Below are positions 9,541 to 18,196 of a DNA stretch of 64,000 nucleotides, in pieces. The stretch lies in assembly GCA_938084675.1 (NCBI GenBank), contig CALKGM010000014.1, forward strand, positions 2,454 through 66,453, written 5' to 3'. Both the position numbers and the translations under genes were made by a program. This stretch comes from Candidatus Poseidoniaceae archaeon (lineage in GTDB: Archaea; Thermoplasmatota; Poseidoniia; Poseidoniales; Poseidoniaceae). Positions within the stretch are counted from its first letter, which is position 1; each line of letters starts with the position of its first letter. The notes beneath the pieces were generated by a model. It saw nothing but the letters and a program-made list of their open reading frames with translations. It searched no databases and was not told the DNA's origin.

Positions 9541-9870
9541 TCACAGCTTTTGATTGCTGTTTGTGGTGAAGTTCCCTTCACTGTCAATAATGATGGGTGT
9601 GCCTTCAATCCATTCGGGGCAATTGTCAGAGACCCAGGTGCGTGTGGCCCACTCGCAAATATCATATCCGCCAGAGAGGATTCCAGATCGCTTGATGTAT
9701 CCAACCTTGACGATGTCTTTGTCCTTGGAGAGTACGTTACCGAGTTGCTGACTGGTCGTACCGTGTCGCATAGAGCCGTTGATGTACTCCAAAATTTCAG
9801 CGGTGTTTCGTGGGCGGTCGCCTAGGAATTTCTTGATTTTTTCACGGATGCGGGTTGTTTTCATATTCAT
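9541..9870 (-). CDS. Small winged-helix-like protein (109 aa), function unknown
   Basis: N-terminal IREKIKKFLGDRPRNTAEILEYINGSMRHGTTSQQLGNVLSKDKDIVKVG resembles a wHTH. Divergent from the 835-aa wHTH gene. Confidence 0.4.
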   Translation of the reverse strand: MNMKTTRIREKIKKFLGDRPRNTAEILEYINGSMRHGTTSQQLGNVLSKDKDIVKVGYIKRSGILSGGYDICEWATRTWVSDNCPEWIEGTPIIIDSEGNFTTNSNQKL

Positions 9871-10040
9871 TTCCTCCTGGTCAATATAGGGCGGTCTTTC
9901 TTAGGTAACGCCACTGTTTCCAAGGAGCGAGGCCGCTGATATAATGCTTCCTCTCTGGAATGACGATTATGTTACACTTGGTGACCAATTGGTGGTGTTT
10001 TTTTTACATCTTGAACCGGCTAAGTAAGTAATCGCACACC

Positions 10041-10054
10041 TTTCCAGTGGAAAT
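10041..10054 (+). promoter_or_regulatory. ORB-core-like motif TTTCCAGTGGAAAT
   Basis: Dyad TTCCA-G-TGGAA in the 268-nt divergent intergenic region. Followed by the tandem AACTAAATGT/AACTAAATCT (10058..10081). Confidence 0.3.
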
Positions 10055-10138
10055 CAATAACTAAATGTAACTAAATCTAACTTTTAGGAGTGAAGTTAAT
10101 GAATGCCTCACTTGTAGGGTTGTTTGAGGTGAAGAAGG

Positions 10139-12646
10139 TTGTCCATCCGTAGGATACGTTCTGTTGCCCATCGTAGAATCATGCTCTGGCTGAGTCAAGG
10201 TCCAAGTACGGTCTCTGAAATTGCTCAACAATTCAACATGCGAATGCCTCACGCATCGCTTGCATGTCGCCAATTGCGGTCAACGGGAGATGTTTATCGC
10301 GACGATGCTGGCGGAATCCGTAACGCCCTCCTCTATCTCACCCAAGCAGGAATTGAACGGATCGAAGAGGATGGGCTTGCAAAAGCAAAACTCCATATTC
10401 ATTCAATTCCGTTAGGGAAGGAAGGAATCATCCTGCAATCGGACGACCAACATGTCTTGGTTGGTTACGTTCAACCTCCTAAATCACCTCTGAATTTCAT
10501 TCCAGATTCGGTAAATTCAGGTTCTGAACCTTCCAATGGAAATACAGGGGGGGCTTGGGTACTATGCCAACAACGAAACCTTCGCTGGTATGATTTAGCA
10601 ACACTGACTCCTACGAATGCCCCCTCGTCCGCAGGAAGTGGAACTCTTGATGACTTTAGCGCGGGGCCCACCAAAATAGGCATCGTTAGAGGAGTTTTAT
10701 TGGAGCGTTCGGACGGTTCAACTCTTCTCGAAGGTCAATGGTTCTCCACTTCCGATTCAGGAATCATGCCTTCTTCATTGCTCCAGGGTAACGCAGTGCT
10801 TGGTACAGTTGAGGGAACGACACATGGATACGCACCGCCACACGGAGCTCATGCAGATCTGCCGTCATCCTTGGACCGAACATTGGTGTTCAACGCTATT
10901 GGTTCAGGTTCTCTTGTATTGTGTGAACAGAACCATGATGGTCTTAGGAAATTGCCTTACGAAGTCCTTCGGTTTTGGTTACGTTTGCGCCATCCAAGAA
11001 TGTCATCTTCCAAACTGAGTGAGCGTTTTGAAGAGATGAAATCACAATTCACCTCCGGATTGGATGGTTTGCCTCTCCCGTTAAGGCGTGACCTCATAGG
11101 TGATTTTGGTAAGGTAGAATGGGATGATTTTGATTTAGATGTAGGGGAACTCGACTTGTACGGAGTTTCTCCTATCGGACTTGGAGCATTGTGTGAATAT
11201 GTTTTGAACCATGTAAACGGTCCATTTGTAGTGGAGTGGCCCTTCCCTCATCCCGAGCAATCACTCTTTGAACGAATCCTCATTCACCCCATGTGTAAAA
11301 TGCTGGTCACACGGCATCTCGAAGGACTCATGTTGCCAAATGCTACGGTCCATATCACGGATTCGCCAGTCCTTGCTCAACTGAGGGTTCACCTCAACAG
11401 GTCTACCGTTCTACCACTGGACCTCGAATCCAAACCTACCCCCCCTCAACAGCGTCAGTCGCTTGAATTGTATCCGCTACAAGCGGAAGAACTGATTGCA
11501 TCAAATGAGACTAAGGAATTGAATCCTATTCACTTCACAAGAGTTGTTTCTCATCCAGATGAAGCCAAAGCGATGATGAATGCTCTTGATGCATATCCAG
11601 TTGGAAACGAGAAGATGGCCAATGAATTAGAAACGAAATGGCCCATTGCAGCATGGATTGCGTCCCCTCCAGGAGAGAGGGCGAACCGTTGGATTCGACT
11701 TCAAGATAGAATTCCTAGGGGTTGGATTGACCTTCTCCCACCTCAACATGTAGACCTGCAAACACTAGCTCATTCTCTTCACAAAGGCCTTCATTCGTGG
11801 CAGGAGAAGGCCTTCCGCAGGTTGACCCAAGAATTGAGGTCCTTTCCAGAAGTGTTGCTGAGCATTTCAAATTCAATGGATGATGTTGAAAAAGGTACAT
11901 GGATCTCTGCAATTGTTCTTGGGGCTTCCTCGTCCTTGGGTCAAGAATTTAATGAATTGATGAAGAAAGGAGGTTCAGTCTGGTTCAACCATCCACGTCT
12001 CCCCCATCTGGTACTTCCAATGGTCTTTCCATCGGACAGAACCATGGATCCGGAGCGCCATAATCTTCTCGAACAATGGTTGAAGGCTGCTGAGATCCAT
12101 CCAGAAAAATCCTTCATTCGTTTGTGGGCGAAAGCGATTCAAACAACGCAGCGCAACGAACCGTGGATTCTCGAAGATGTTCGGACACTCATGAAAGATA
12201 TTCCTCAACTATGGTGGGCACCCTATGCCAGTCAATGGCTCATCTCACAACTCAACTCCTCTTCTGGGCGAAATTGGTTGAGTGAGCAACCGATTCCATG
12301 GCCTGCACTGCTTGCACAGCCCAAAGGCCAACGAGGTGGATTACCCGGAACACAACATCATCACCCCGGGTATAATCTCTCGACGGATGACCTCATGCCG
12401 GTAAAATTACTCCAACCCGGTGAAGGTACTGATTCCTTGAATGACCTCTTTGATATGACCTACGCGCTGGAACAAGGGTTGCCAGTTCCTACATCAAACA
12501 CCCACCCAGAGGCTGGTTGGTTGGTTCGACCCGTTGAATCTTGGCCGAATTTTCCTCCTGAAGTTCTAGACGAAGGAGATTCTTCAATTGGCCTATTGCT
12601 GTATTCAAGGTCGTTTGCAGCCCGCCGACAAATGACGATGGATTGA
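10139..12646 (+). CDS. Large orphan protein (835 aa) with N-terminal winged-helix DNA-binding domain
   Basis: TTG start 7 nt after GAGGTGA. The N-terminus HRRIMLWLSQGPSTVSEIAQQFNMRMPHASLACRQLRSTGDVYRD is ArsR/MarR-like wHTH. The remaining ~740 aa have no motif I recognise. Confidence 0.5.
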   Translation: MSIRRIRSVAHRRIMLWLSQGPSTVSEIAQQFNMRMPHASLACRQLRSTGDVYRDDAGGIRNALLYLTQAGIERIEEDGLAKAKLHIHSIPLGKEGIILQSDDQHVLVGYVQPPKSPLNFIPDSVNSGSEPSNGNTGGAWVLCQQRNLRWYDLATLTPTNAPSSAGSGTLDDFSAGPTKIGIVRGVLLERSDGSTLLEGQWFSTSDSGIMPSSLLQGNAVLGTVEGTTHGYAPPHGAHADLPSSLDRTLVFNAIGSGSLVLCEQNHDGLRKLPYEVLRFWLRLRHPRMSSSKLSERFEEMKSQFTSGLDGLPLPLRRDLIGDFGKVEWDDFDLDVGELDLYGVSPIGLGALCEYVLNHVNGPFVVEWPFPHPEQSLFERILIHPMCKMLVTRHLEGLMLPNATVHITDSPVLAQLRVHLNRSTVLPLDLESKPTPPQQRQSLELYPLQAEELIASNETKELNPIHFTRVVSHPDEAKAMMNALDAYPVGNEKMANELETKWPIAAWIASPPGERANRWIRLQDRIPRGWIDLLPPQHVDLQTLAHSLHKGLHSWQEKAFRRLTQELRSFPEVLLSISNSMDDVEKGTWISAIVLGASSSLGQEFNELMKKGGSVWFNHPRLPHLVLPMVFPSDRTMDPERHNLLEQWLKAAEIHPEKSFIRLWAKAIQTTQRNEPWILEDVRTLMKDIPQLWWAPYASQWLISQLNSSSGRNWLSEQPIPWPALLAQPKGQRGGLPGTQHHHPGYNLSTDDLMPVKLLQPGEGTDSLNDLFDMTYALEQGLPVPTSNTHPEAGWLVRPVESWPNFPPEVLDEGDSSIGLLLYSRSFAARRQMTMD

Positions 12647-12867
12647 AAAGGCAACGGTCTCAGCCTTGACTACCGTACCTGCAACATCGGGCTGAGCTAC
12701 TGTGAAAATTGCTATGACGTCTGACACCATGAGTACGGCCGCAATCGAAGACTGGGAGGACCCCTCGGGGAGTGAGTTCCGGTGCAAATGCGGTAAACCA
12801 TCGGTAGGTTATGGGTCCTTGAATGACGACAGGATGACCTCAAGACAACCACCCTACTGGACAGCAA

Positions 12868-12929
12868 GCCCCGATACCGAGGGTCAGGCCTTTGAGTAAC
12901 CGATGAAAAAGGCCGTTAGGTGTCGGGGC
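12868..12929. other. Long imperfect hairpin inside a GC-rich ORF-poor spacer (candidate structured RNA element)
   Basis: GCCCCGATACC (12868..12878) pairs with GGTGTCGGGGC (12919..12929), 11 bp including one G-U. The inner helix is GGCCTTT (12887..12893) with AAAGGCC (12908..12914), closing a 14-nt loop. Confidence 0.3.
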
Positions 12930-13008
12930 ACAGCTGCTTGCTCAAATTCACTGTATTCTGCCGAGAGGAAGCGATGACCTCAAAGGCTGTTTTCACTGTC
13001 ATTGATAC

Positions 13009-14028
13009 ATGGAGACCCCACAAACCTACTCCTGTTGTTTGGTTGGGGGGACTTTTGATCGCTTTCATGCAGGGCATCGTTTGCTTCTTGATGCGGCACA
13101 AAAATCTGCAAAACGCATCGAAATTCATGTCACTTCGGACCTTATGGCTGATGCTAAATCTTCGTTCATTCAATCCTTTGAGACACGTAGAGAAATTCTC
13201 CTGCAATGGGCAGAATCACATGCACCTGGGCGGGTGACGATTCACATGCTCAACGATGTGATGGGCCCTGCTCCTGTGCACGAGGAAGCGGACTGCATTG
13301 TTGCTACACCTGAAACGCGAGGGCAATGCGAATCCATCAACATCACTCGGGAATCAAATGGACTCCCAGCCCTCAATATCATTGAAGTTGCACACATGCA
13401 GGATGTTGATGGTGGCATCATCAGTTCGTCTCGGATTCGCAACGGGCACATCGATGTGCAAGGCCATCCGTGGATTGAAGACCGCTATCGTGAACAGACT
13501 CTTCAGATGCATCCACGTCTTGATGCAGAACTCAAAACTCCGATGGGAGTGCTCTTTGAAGGACCAGAGGATGCTCCGGAGGTTGCAATGTATGCAGCCC
13601 TCGATGGCCTTGATCTCAGTTCAAGTTCTCTCATCGCAGTAGGGGATGTGACGGTTGCTACTCTTCTCAATATGGATTATGTCCCTGATATTGCATTTAT
13701 TGACGGCCAGACAAAACGCACTCCCTTGGCCAAAGAAAAGCAAGTTGACATCTCTCGTTTTCCATCCCTTTTGACAGCAGTAAACCCTGCTGGACAACTC
13801 ACGCCAAGTCTGCTTAAAGCGATTGAACAGGCATGTGGGATGGATACTCCAGCGCTTATTGACGTTGAAGGGGAGGAAGACCTTGCCCCGCTCTACATCC
13901 ACTTAGTGGCTCAAATAGGTTCACAAATCATCTATGGTCAACCAGGCAGAGGGGTTGTTCTTCAAGAAACAACGCTCAAAACCAAAGAACGTTGCAGACA
14001 CTTGCTTGGATTTTTTGAGGCGATTTAA
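13009..14028 (+). CDS. Bifunctional phosphopantetheine adenylyltransferase (archaeal PPAT) / DUF359 GTP-dependent dephospho-CoA kinase fusion
   Basis: The N-terminus CLVGGTFDRFHAGHRLLL...SSSRIRNG is a cytidylyltransferase-type PPAT. The C-terminal half has DUF359 blocks AVGDVTVATLL, FIDGQTKR and VEGEEDLAPL. Confidence 0.7.
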   Translation: METPQTYSCCLVGGTFDRFHAGHRLLLDAAQKSAKRIEIHVTSDLMADAKSSFIQSFETRREILLQWAESHAPGRVTIHMLNDVMGPAPVHEEADCIVATPETRGQCESINITRESNGLPALNIIEVAHMQDVDGGIISSSRIRNGHIDVQGHPWIEDRYREQTLQMHPRLDAELKTPMGVLFEGPEDAPEVAMYAALDGLDLSSSSLIAVGDVTVATLLNMDYVPDIAFIDGQTKRTPLAKEKQVDISRFPSLLTAVNPAGQLTPSLLKAIEQACGMDTPALIDVEGEEDLAPLYIHLVAQIGSQIIYGQPGRGVVLQETTLKTKERCRHLLGFFEAI

Positions 14029-15158
14029 TGGATCCTTTTCTTGTATCGGTTACCGTTTGTGTCCGAGATGGATACGATTGGATTTCAGGATGTTTGGAAG
14101 CCTTACGGTTGCAGACTTACCCCGCTATTGAAATTCTAATTGTGAACGATGGGTCAAGTGACGATGCGGAAACTCTGCTTGGAGAATGGAATGATCCCGA
14201 AGGCCTCAACGGCCATCCAATTCGTGTTCATAGTCAAGACCAACTTGGTTTGGCCGCCGGGCGACAATGGGCGCTCAAGCATGCTAAGGGCGAATGGGTG
14301 GCTATTACTGATATCGATGTTCGTCCTGAGCAAGATTGGATTACAAATCTCGTCGCAGAAATACAGCCAGTATCAGAGGAAGAACATGTGGTGGCGGTAA
14401 CGGGTCGGACTGTATTCGAACGTGCTGAGGATCTTGTAAGTCGCTTTCGTTCTGTGGAAATCGCCTCCAAATATCGCTCACGTCCACGAAGGACGAGTCT
14501 TGCCAACGGACCTTGTTCGATGTTCCACCGTGAATCGCTCCTTGATGTGGGAGGGTTTGACCCGGAGTGGTACCATGCGGAAGACATGGAAGTGAGTTTG
14601 AGATTGATTGAAGCCGGGGGGACCATCGTCTATGCTCCTGAAGCATTAGTTCGCCACGTGCCAGAAACTGGAATCACTCGGTTCTTGAACAAGCGGAGAA
14701 GGGACGCAAGAGCCCATTTACGTATTGTTCGCCACTATCCCAAGGGAAAGCGTTCAGGACCAGGTTTTGATTTTCTAGGAAGTTCTGCAATGGTTCTCAT
14801 TCTCTTTCCCCTCTGGTTTGCGATTTTCATTTCAGGGCTGCCGTTCCTTTACGAAATGTATCGCCTGGGTTCTGTTGAATGGGAGCAGATAAGGCATTTA
14901 TGGGAGACCAAAATTCTCATCGGCTCATTTATTCTGCTCTTGATTCACGAAATTATCCTCTGGAAAGGGCCGTTAGGTGTTGTCAATCGGACCGTGCTAC
15001 GGTCTGCGAAAAACAGTAAAATCAAAGCAATGTTCGGTGTTCGCCGATTAACCATTCTTTGGAGCATTGCCCTGTGGCACGGAATGATTCTAGGTTGCCT
15101 TGATGCATTGTTGGGAAGGCACGGGCACAAGCCCTTGCTGGGAACCAAGAAAAATTGA
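14028..15158 (+). CDS. Family 2 glycosyltransferase with C-terminal membrane domain
   Basis: VSVTVCVRDG...IEILIVNDGSSDD...ITDIDVRP...AEDMEVSLR are GT-A DxD-type motifs. Hydrophobic segments follow in the last ~120 aa. Confidence 0.75.
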   Translation: MDPFLVSVTVCVRDGYDWISGCLEALRLQTYPAIEILIVNDGSSDDAETLLGEWNDPEGLNGHPIRVHSQDQLGLAAGRQWALKHAKGEWVAITDIDVRPEQDWITNLVAEIQPVSEEEHVVAVTGRTVFERAEDLVSRFRSVEIASKYRSRPRRTSLANGPCSMFHRESLLDVGGFDPEWYHAEDMEVSLRLIEAGGTIVYAPEALVRHVPETGITRFLNKRRRDARAHLRIVRHYPKGKRSGPGFDFLGSSAMVLILFPLWFAIFISGLPFLYEMYRLGSVEWEQIRHLWETKILIGSFILLLIHEIILWKGPLGVVNRTVLRSAKNSKIKAMFGVRRLTILWSIALWHGMILGCLDALLGRHGHKPLLGTKKN

Positions 15159-15159
15159 T

Positions 15160-15723
15160 TCAATCTATGTTTTCGTCCCCGGGTGGGACCCGACTTGCAT
15201 GGTTGAGAGCAAAGCCAGATGCAACCAAAGCAATGGTAACGGAATATACTCCAACATCCATCCATCCGCTGTGGTTAATTCCAAACCAGAAGTAGAATAT
15301 GAAGCCCAAAAGGAGGCACCAAGCCGCCAGTGTGCGTTGGCCGCCACCAACTGATGGGTCGGCAAGAGCAGTCCAAGTGTCGTTGACAATCAAAGAAGTC
15401 GCCCATTGGGAAACACCGCTCGTCTCGTTAATGGCCTTCATTCCATATCCGACCATAGCAAGGCATGCCGCCATGAAGATCGTGTCTCCAAGAGGTTCGT
15501 AGTGGAATCCATCAATTGCGGCACCAAACGCTGGGTTGGTGGCTTCGAAGGTTAACAATCCTCCCCAAGAGACGTGTTGCGCTGGAGTTGCTGCAGAGAA
15601 CATGTTCAAAACAGCCAACAGCAAACCCCACAATCCGAGTGTGATAACGAAATTTGCCCACACCGGAGATGGTCCAGAGGCTGAAGTTTTTGCGGCCGCA
15701 TCGGAAGATTCGCCGTTGGTCAT
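15160..15723 (-). CDS. Hypothetical integral membrane protein
   Basis: 187 aa with about 5 hydrophobic segments and no recognisable motif. Confidence 0.4.
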   Translation of the reverse strand: MTNGESSDAAAKTSASGPSPVWANFVITLGLWGLLLAVLNMFSAATPAQHVSWGGLLTFEATNPAFGAAIDGFHYEPLGDTIFMAACLAMVGYGMKAINETSGVSQWATSLIVNDTWTALADPSVGGGQRTLAAWCLLLGFIFYFWFGINHSGWMDVGVYSVTIALVASGFALNHASRVPPGDENID

Positions 15724-15810
15724 ACCTACGCCGACCGGCGAGGCGGATATAAGAACACCGAAAAAGAATCTACCTTGAATTTTGATTCAGATGTTGAATC
15801 GGTGGAATCA

Positions 15811-17052
15811 TCAAAGAGCGGATTGATGCCGATAAGATGCAGTAAATACTGCTCCCATTTCCGCTTCTGATTCGGTCATGATTTGTGGAGCATTGATGTT
15901 CTTGGGGACACAAGAAGTGATTTCCTTTGAACGACCATAACGCCCTTTGCTAACGGTTCGTGCTGTAATCAATCCGAGCATATCAAGGTTTGAAATCAAG
16001 CCAGATATTCTTCGCTGCGTGAGTGCATGCTGATTGATGTGCAAGCATGCTTGCCTGTAAATGTCGTAAACTTGTCCGGTCTGGACGTTTCTAAGTCCGT
16101 TCTTTTCGTTGATGAGCACGGCGGCCAAGACAAGTTTCTGTTGGCTTGGCAGGGATGAGATGACAGGAGTGATTTGGTCTGCTTCAATTTGACTTTGTGC
16201 CGTTCTGACATGGCCCTGTGTGACAATTGACTCACCATCTTGCTCAGCCTTTTCGGTTGAGATTCGCAGCAGGTCAAGAGCACATCGGGCATCGCCATGT
16301 TCTTGAGCGGCAAGTGCAGCGCAGAGTTCGATAACGCCGGGTTGAAGAACACTCTCTTGAAGCCCTTCTTTGGAGCGTTGTCGTAGAATATCCTGAAGCT
16401 GTTCTGCGTCGTAGGGTCGGAACAATACGTCCAATTGTCCCAAACGAGAGCGGACACGGGGGTCAAGGAAATCCGTAAACTTGAGATCGTTTGAAATTCC
16501 AATCACGCAAGCTCTTGCGTTTTTGAGAGACGAGTTCAAACTGGTGAGGTTGTACAACAAATCATCCCCTGCCTTGCGAACCAAGTGGTCAATTTCATCA
16601 AGAACGATGATGAAGACGCCGCCACGTGCATCCATTCTGCGAACAAGTTCACTGAAAACGCGGTCAGTAGGCCAGCCTGTAAAAGGAATCTCGTCTTGCT
16701 CGTAATCTTCAAGCAGGGAGTTTCCAATATGGCTTAGTACTCGATATTGAGTGTCGATTTGCCGGCAATTTACAATTACTGGGTGGACTTTTCTCCCGAT
16801 TGTTTCCCCTTTTGCTTTGAGATGATGACAGACATAACTTGTCACTGCGGTCTTGCCGGCTCCGGTTACGCCATAGAGTGTCATGTTTGATGGAATGTGT
16901 CCCTTGAGTGCTTCCCAAAGGTTGTAGGAAATCTTCTCAATTTCATCGGTACGATGGGGCAGTAGGTTCGGGCGGAAATCATGCCGAAGAATTTCTTTGT
17001 TTCGGAACAATGTTTTCTGGGACATGAACTTGTCGAAGATGTTCTTCTCCAT
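15811..17052 (-). CDS. cdc6: Orc1/Cdc6 replication initiator
   Basis: LLPHRTDEIEKI, Walker A LYGVTGAGKT, Walker B IIVLDEID and sensor regions, plus a C-terminal winged helix (ISGLISNLDMLGLITARTVSKGRYGRSKEI). Confidence 0.9.
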   Translation of the reverse strand: MEKNIFDKFMSQKTLFRNKEILRHDFRPNLLPHRTDEIEKISYNLWEALKGHIPSNMTLYGVTGAGKTAVTSYVCHHLKAKGETIGRKVHPVIVNCRQIDTQYRVLSHIGNSLLEDYEQDEIPFTGWPTDRVFSELVRRMDARGGVFIIVLDEIDHLVRKAGDDLLYNLTSLNSSLKNARACVIGISNDLKFTDFLDPRVRSRLGQLDVLFRPYDAEQLQDILRQRSKEGLQESVLQPGVIELCAALAAQEHGDARCALDLLRISTEKAEQDGESIVTQGHVRTAQSQIEADQITPVISSLPSQQKLVLAAVLINEKNGLRNVQTGQVYDIYRQACLHINQHALTQRRISGLISNLDMLGLITARTVSKGRYGRSKEITSCVPKNINAPQIMTESEAEMGAVFTASYRHQSAL

Positions 17053-17255
17053 TCAATTTCTCCCCCTATTTATAGCAACATGCAAGGAGTCCGTAAATGA
17101 CTCCGTGCCGTATTCGCCTTGAGTCCGAGTCCCCCTTATATGCCTGTCCACTCCAACCATTGGAAGACGCTTATTTTAGAACAAGACCACGGCGAAGTTT
17201 AGCATATAAAGATTCAATGATTTCGCAAAAAAGAACAAATTATTTCCGAACAGAA

Positions 17256-18068
17256 TTATGCATCATCAAAATTAGAAATAACCCATTCGCCGTTGTTGTG
17301 GACAAGGCGCGTTTCGTCTGAAATGTGACTGACGTGAGGTGGGTGATTTGGAATGGAATCACTGAGAATTTTCGGATGGATTGTGATATCATCTACAAAT
17401 GTGTGGGTAATGATAAGTGGAGTTGAACATTGTTGTGCTAGTGCTTCAACATCCTTGGGCTTGTGATGGTGAGTTGAAGGGACCCAATCCGGGAATCCCA
17501 TTTCAAGGATCGCAATGTCTGAACGGGCGATGGCGTTGTAGAGCGCGTCACAAGGCCCCGAATCTCCACTATGAACAAAACTTACTCCATCCGTGTTTTC
17601 AAAGCGATAACCGTAAGGGTCAACAGCGTCTTCGTGGTGAACCTCAAATCGTTCCCATGACCAACCGTCATCGGTCGTACCAACCGCATCCTCGATCCAT
17701 TCCACAGATTCAAGAATACTCTCAAGTGACCCGGGGAATGCAAGGTGGCAGAGTTCGGTCAATCGCACCTTGACCGTTGGCGAACCAATGACTCGCAACG
17801 GTACAGTTCCTTCGCGGTCTGAGATGTACTTTCGTTCGAGAAGAAGGAATGGAAATCCAAACACGTGGTCTCCATGAATATGGGTCACAAATACTGACTC
17901 AATGTCGGATACTGCAATCCCTGCTCGGCGTAGGCTAGCTAGGGCAGTCGGCGGTGCATCGATGATGTGCTTGCCGTCAAACACCGAAAACGAGTGATGT
18001 CGCCCATTCGGCAGAAATGCATTTCCCGTACCAAGAACATCAATACGGGGGGTCATATTCAATCCCAT
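17256..18068 (-). CDS. Metallo-beta-lactamase-fold hydrolase (RNase Z-like)
   Basis: Has the HIHGDH (HxHxDH) motif and a downstream HSGDSG block. Confidence 0.7.
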   Translation of the reverse strand: MGLNMTPRIDVLGTGNAFLPNGRHHSFSVFDGKHIIDAPPTALASLRRAGIAVSDIESVFVTHIHGDHVFGFPFLLLERKYISDREGTVPLRVIGSPTVKVRLTELCHLAFPGSLESILESVEWIEDAVGTTDDGWSWERFEVHHEDAVDPYGYRFENTDGVSFVHSGDSGPCDALYNAIARSDIAILEMGFPDWVPSTHHHKPKDVEALAQQCSTPLIITHTFVDDITIHPKILSDSIPNHPPHVSHISDETRLVHNNGEWVISNFDDA

Positions 18069-18097
18069 GCACTTTTCCTTCTTTTCCTCATCGGTTG

Positions 18098-18111
18098 GTT
18101 CCAGTGGATTT
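18098..18111 (+). promoter_or_regulatory. ORB-core-like motif GTTCCAGTGGATTT
   Basis: Lies in the 128-nt intergenic region and shares TTCCAGTGGA with the 10041 copy. An inverted repeat TGTGA-GG-TCACA sits at 18122..18133. Confidence 0.3.
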
Positions 18112-18152
18112 GAATCTGTGATGTGAGGTCACACGAATGATGATATAGCCCA

Positions 18153-18166
18153 CTTCAGTGGGAAAT
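18153..18166 (+). promoter_or_regulatory. ORB-core-like motif (degenerate) CTTCAGTGGGAAAT
   Basis: Same orientation as the 18098 copy and 55 nt downstream of it. Confidence 0.25.
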
Positions 18167-18196
18167 TCATCGGCCTCTTTAGGCTGAGGTGAGCGC

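Noticed and set aside
9390-9704. 104-aa ORF overlapping the 3' part of the small wHTH gene and the 9180..9540 gap.
   Set aside because: It overlaps 9541..9870 on the same strand in another frame and has no motif or start context. The gap is treated as non-coding. It contains small hairpins at 9341..9358 and 9469..9499 that may be terminators for the convergent genes.
12702-12899. 65-aa ORF (and the antisense 60-aa ORF 12605..12787) as protein-coding genes.
   Set aside because: No ribosome-binding site or recognisable motif, and the composition is atypical. The region is better explained by RNA secondary structure. The question remains open pending conservation analysis.
12650-13000. Possible RNase P RNA or SRP (7S) RNA in the GC-rich spacer. 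Stretches resemble UGCGGUAA and CCACCC..GGAGCAAGGCC..AUA of RNase P RNA, and GGUCAGGCC resembles SRP helix 8.
   Set aside because: On neither strand could I find the universal RNase P CR-I core (GGAAAGUCC) or a convincing CR-IV/CR-V. I also found no SRP helix-8 GGAA/GNAR loop with its flanking AGCA motif. It is kept only as an unclassified structured-RNA candidate.
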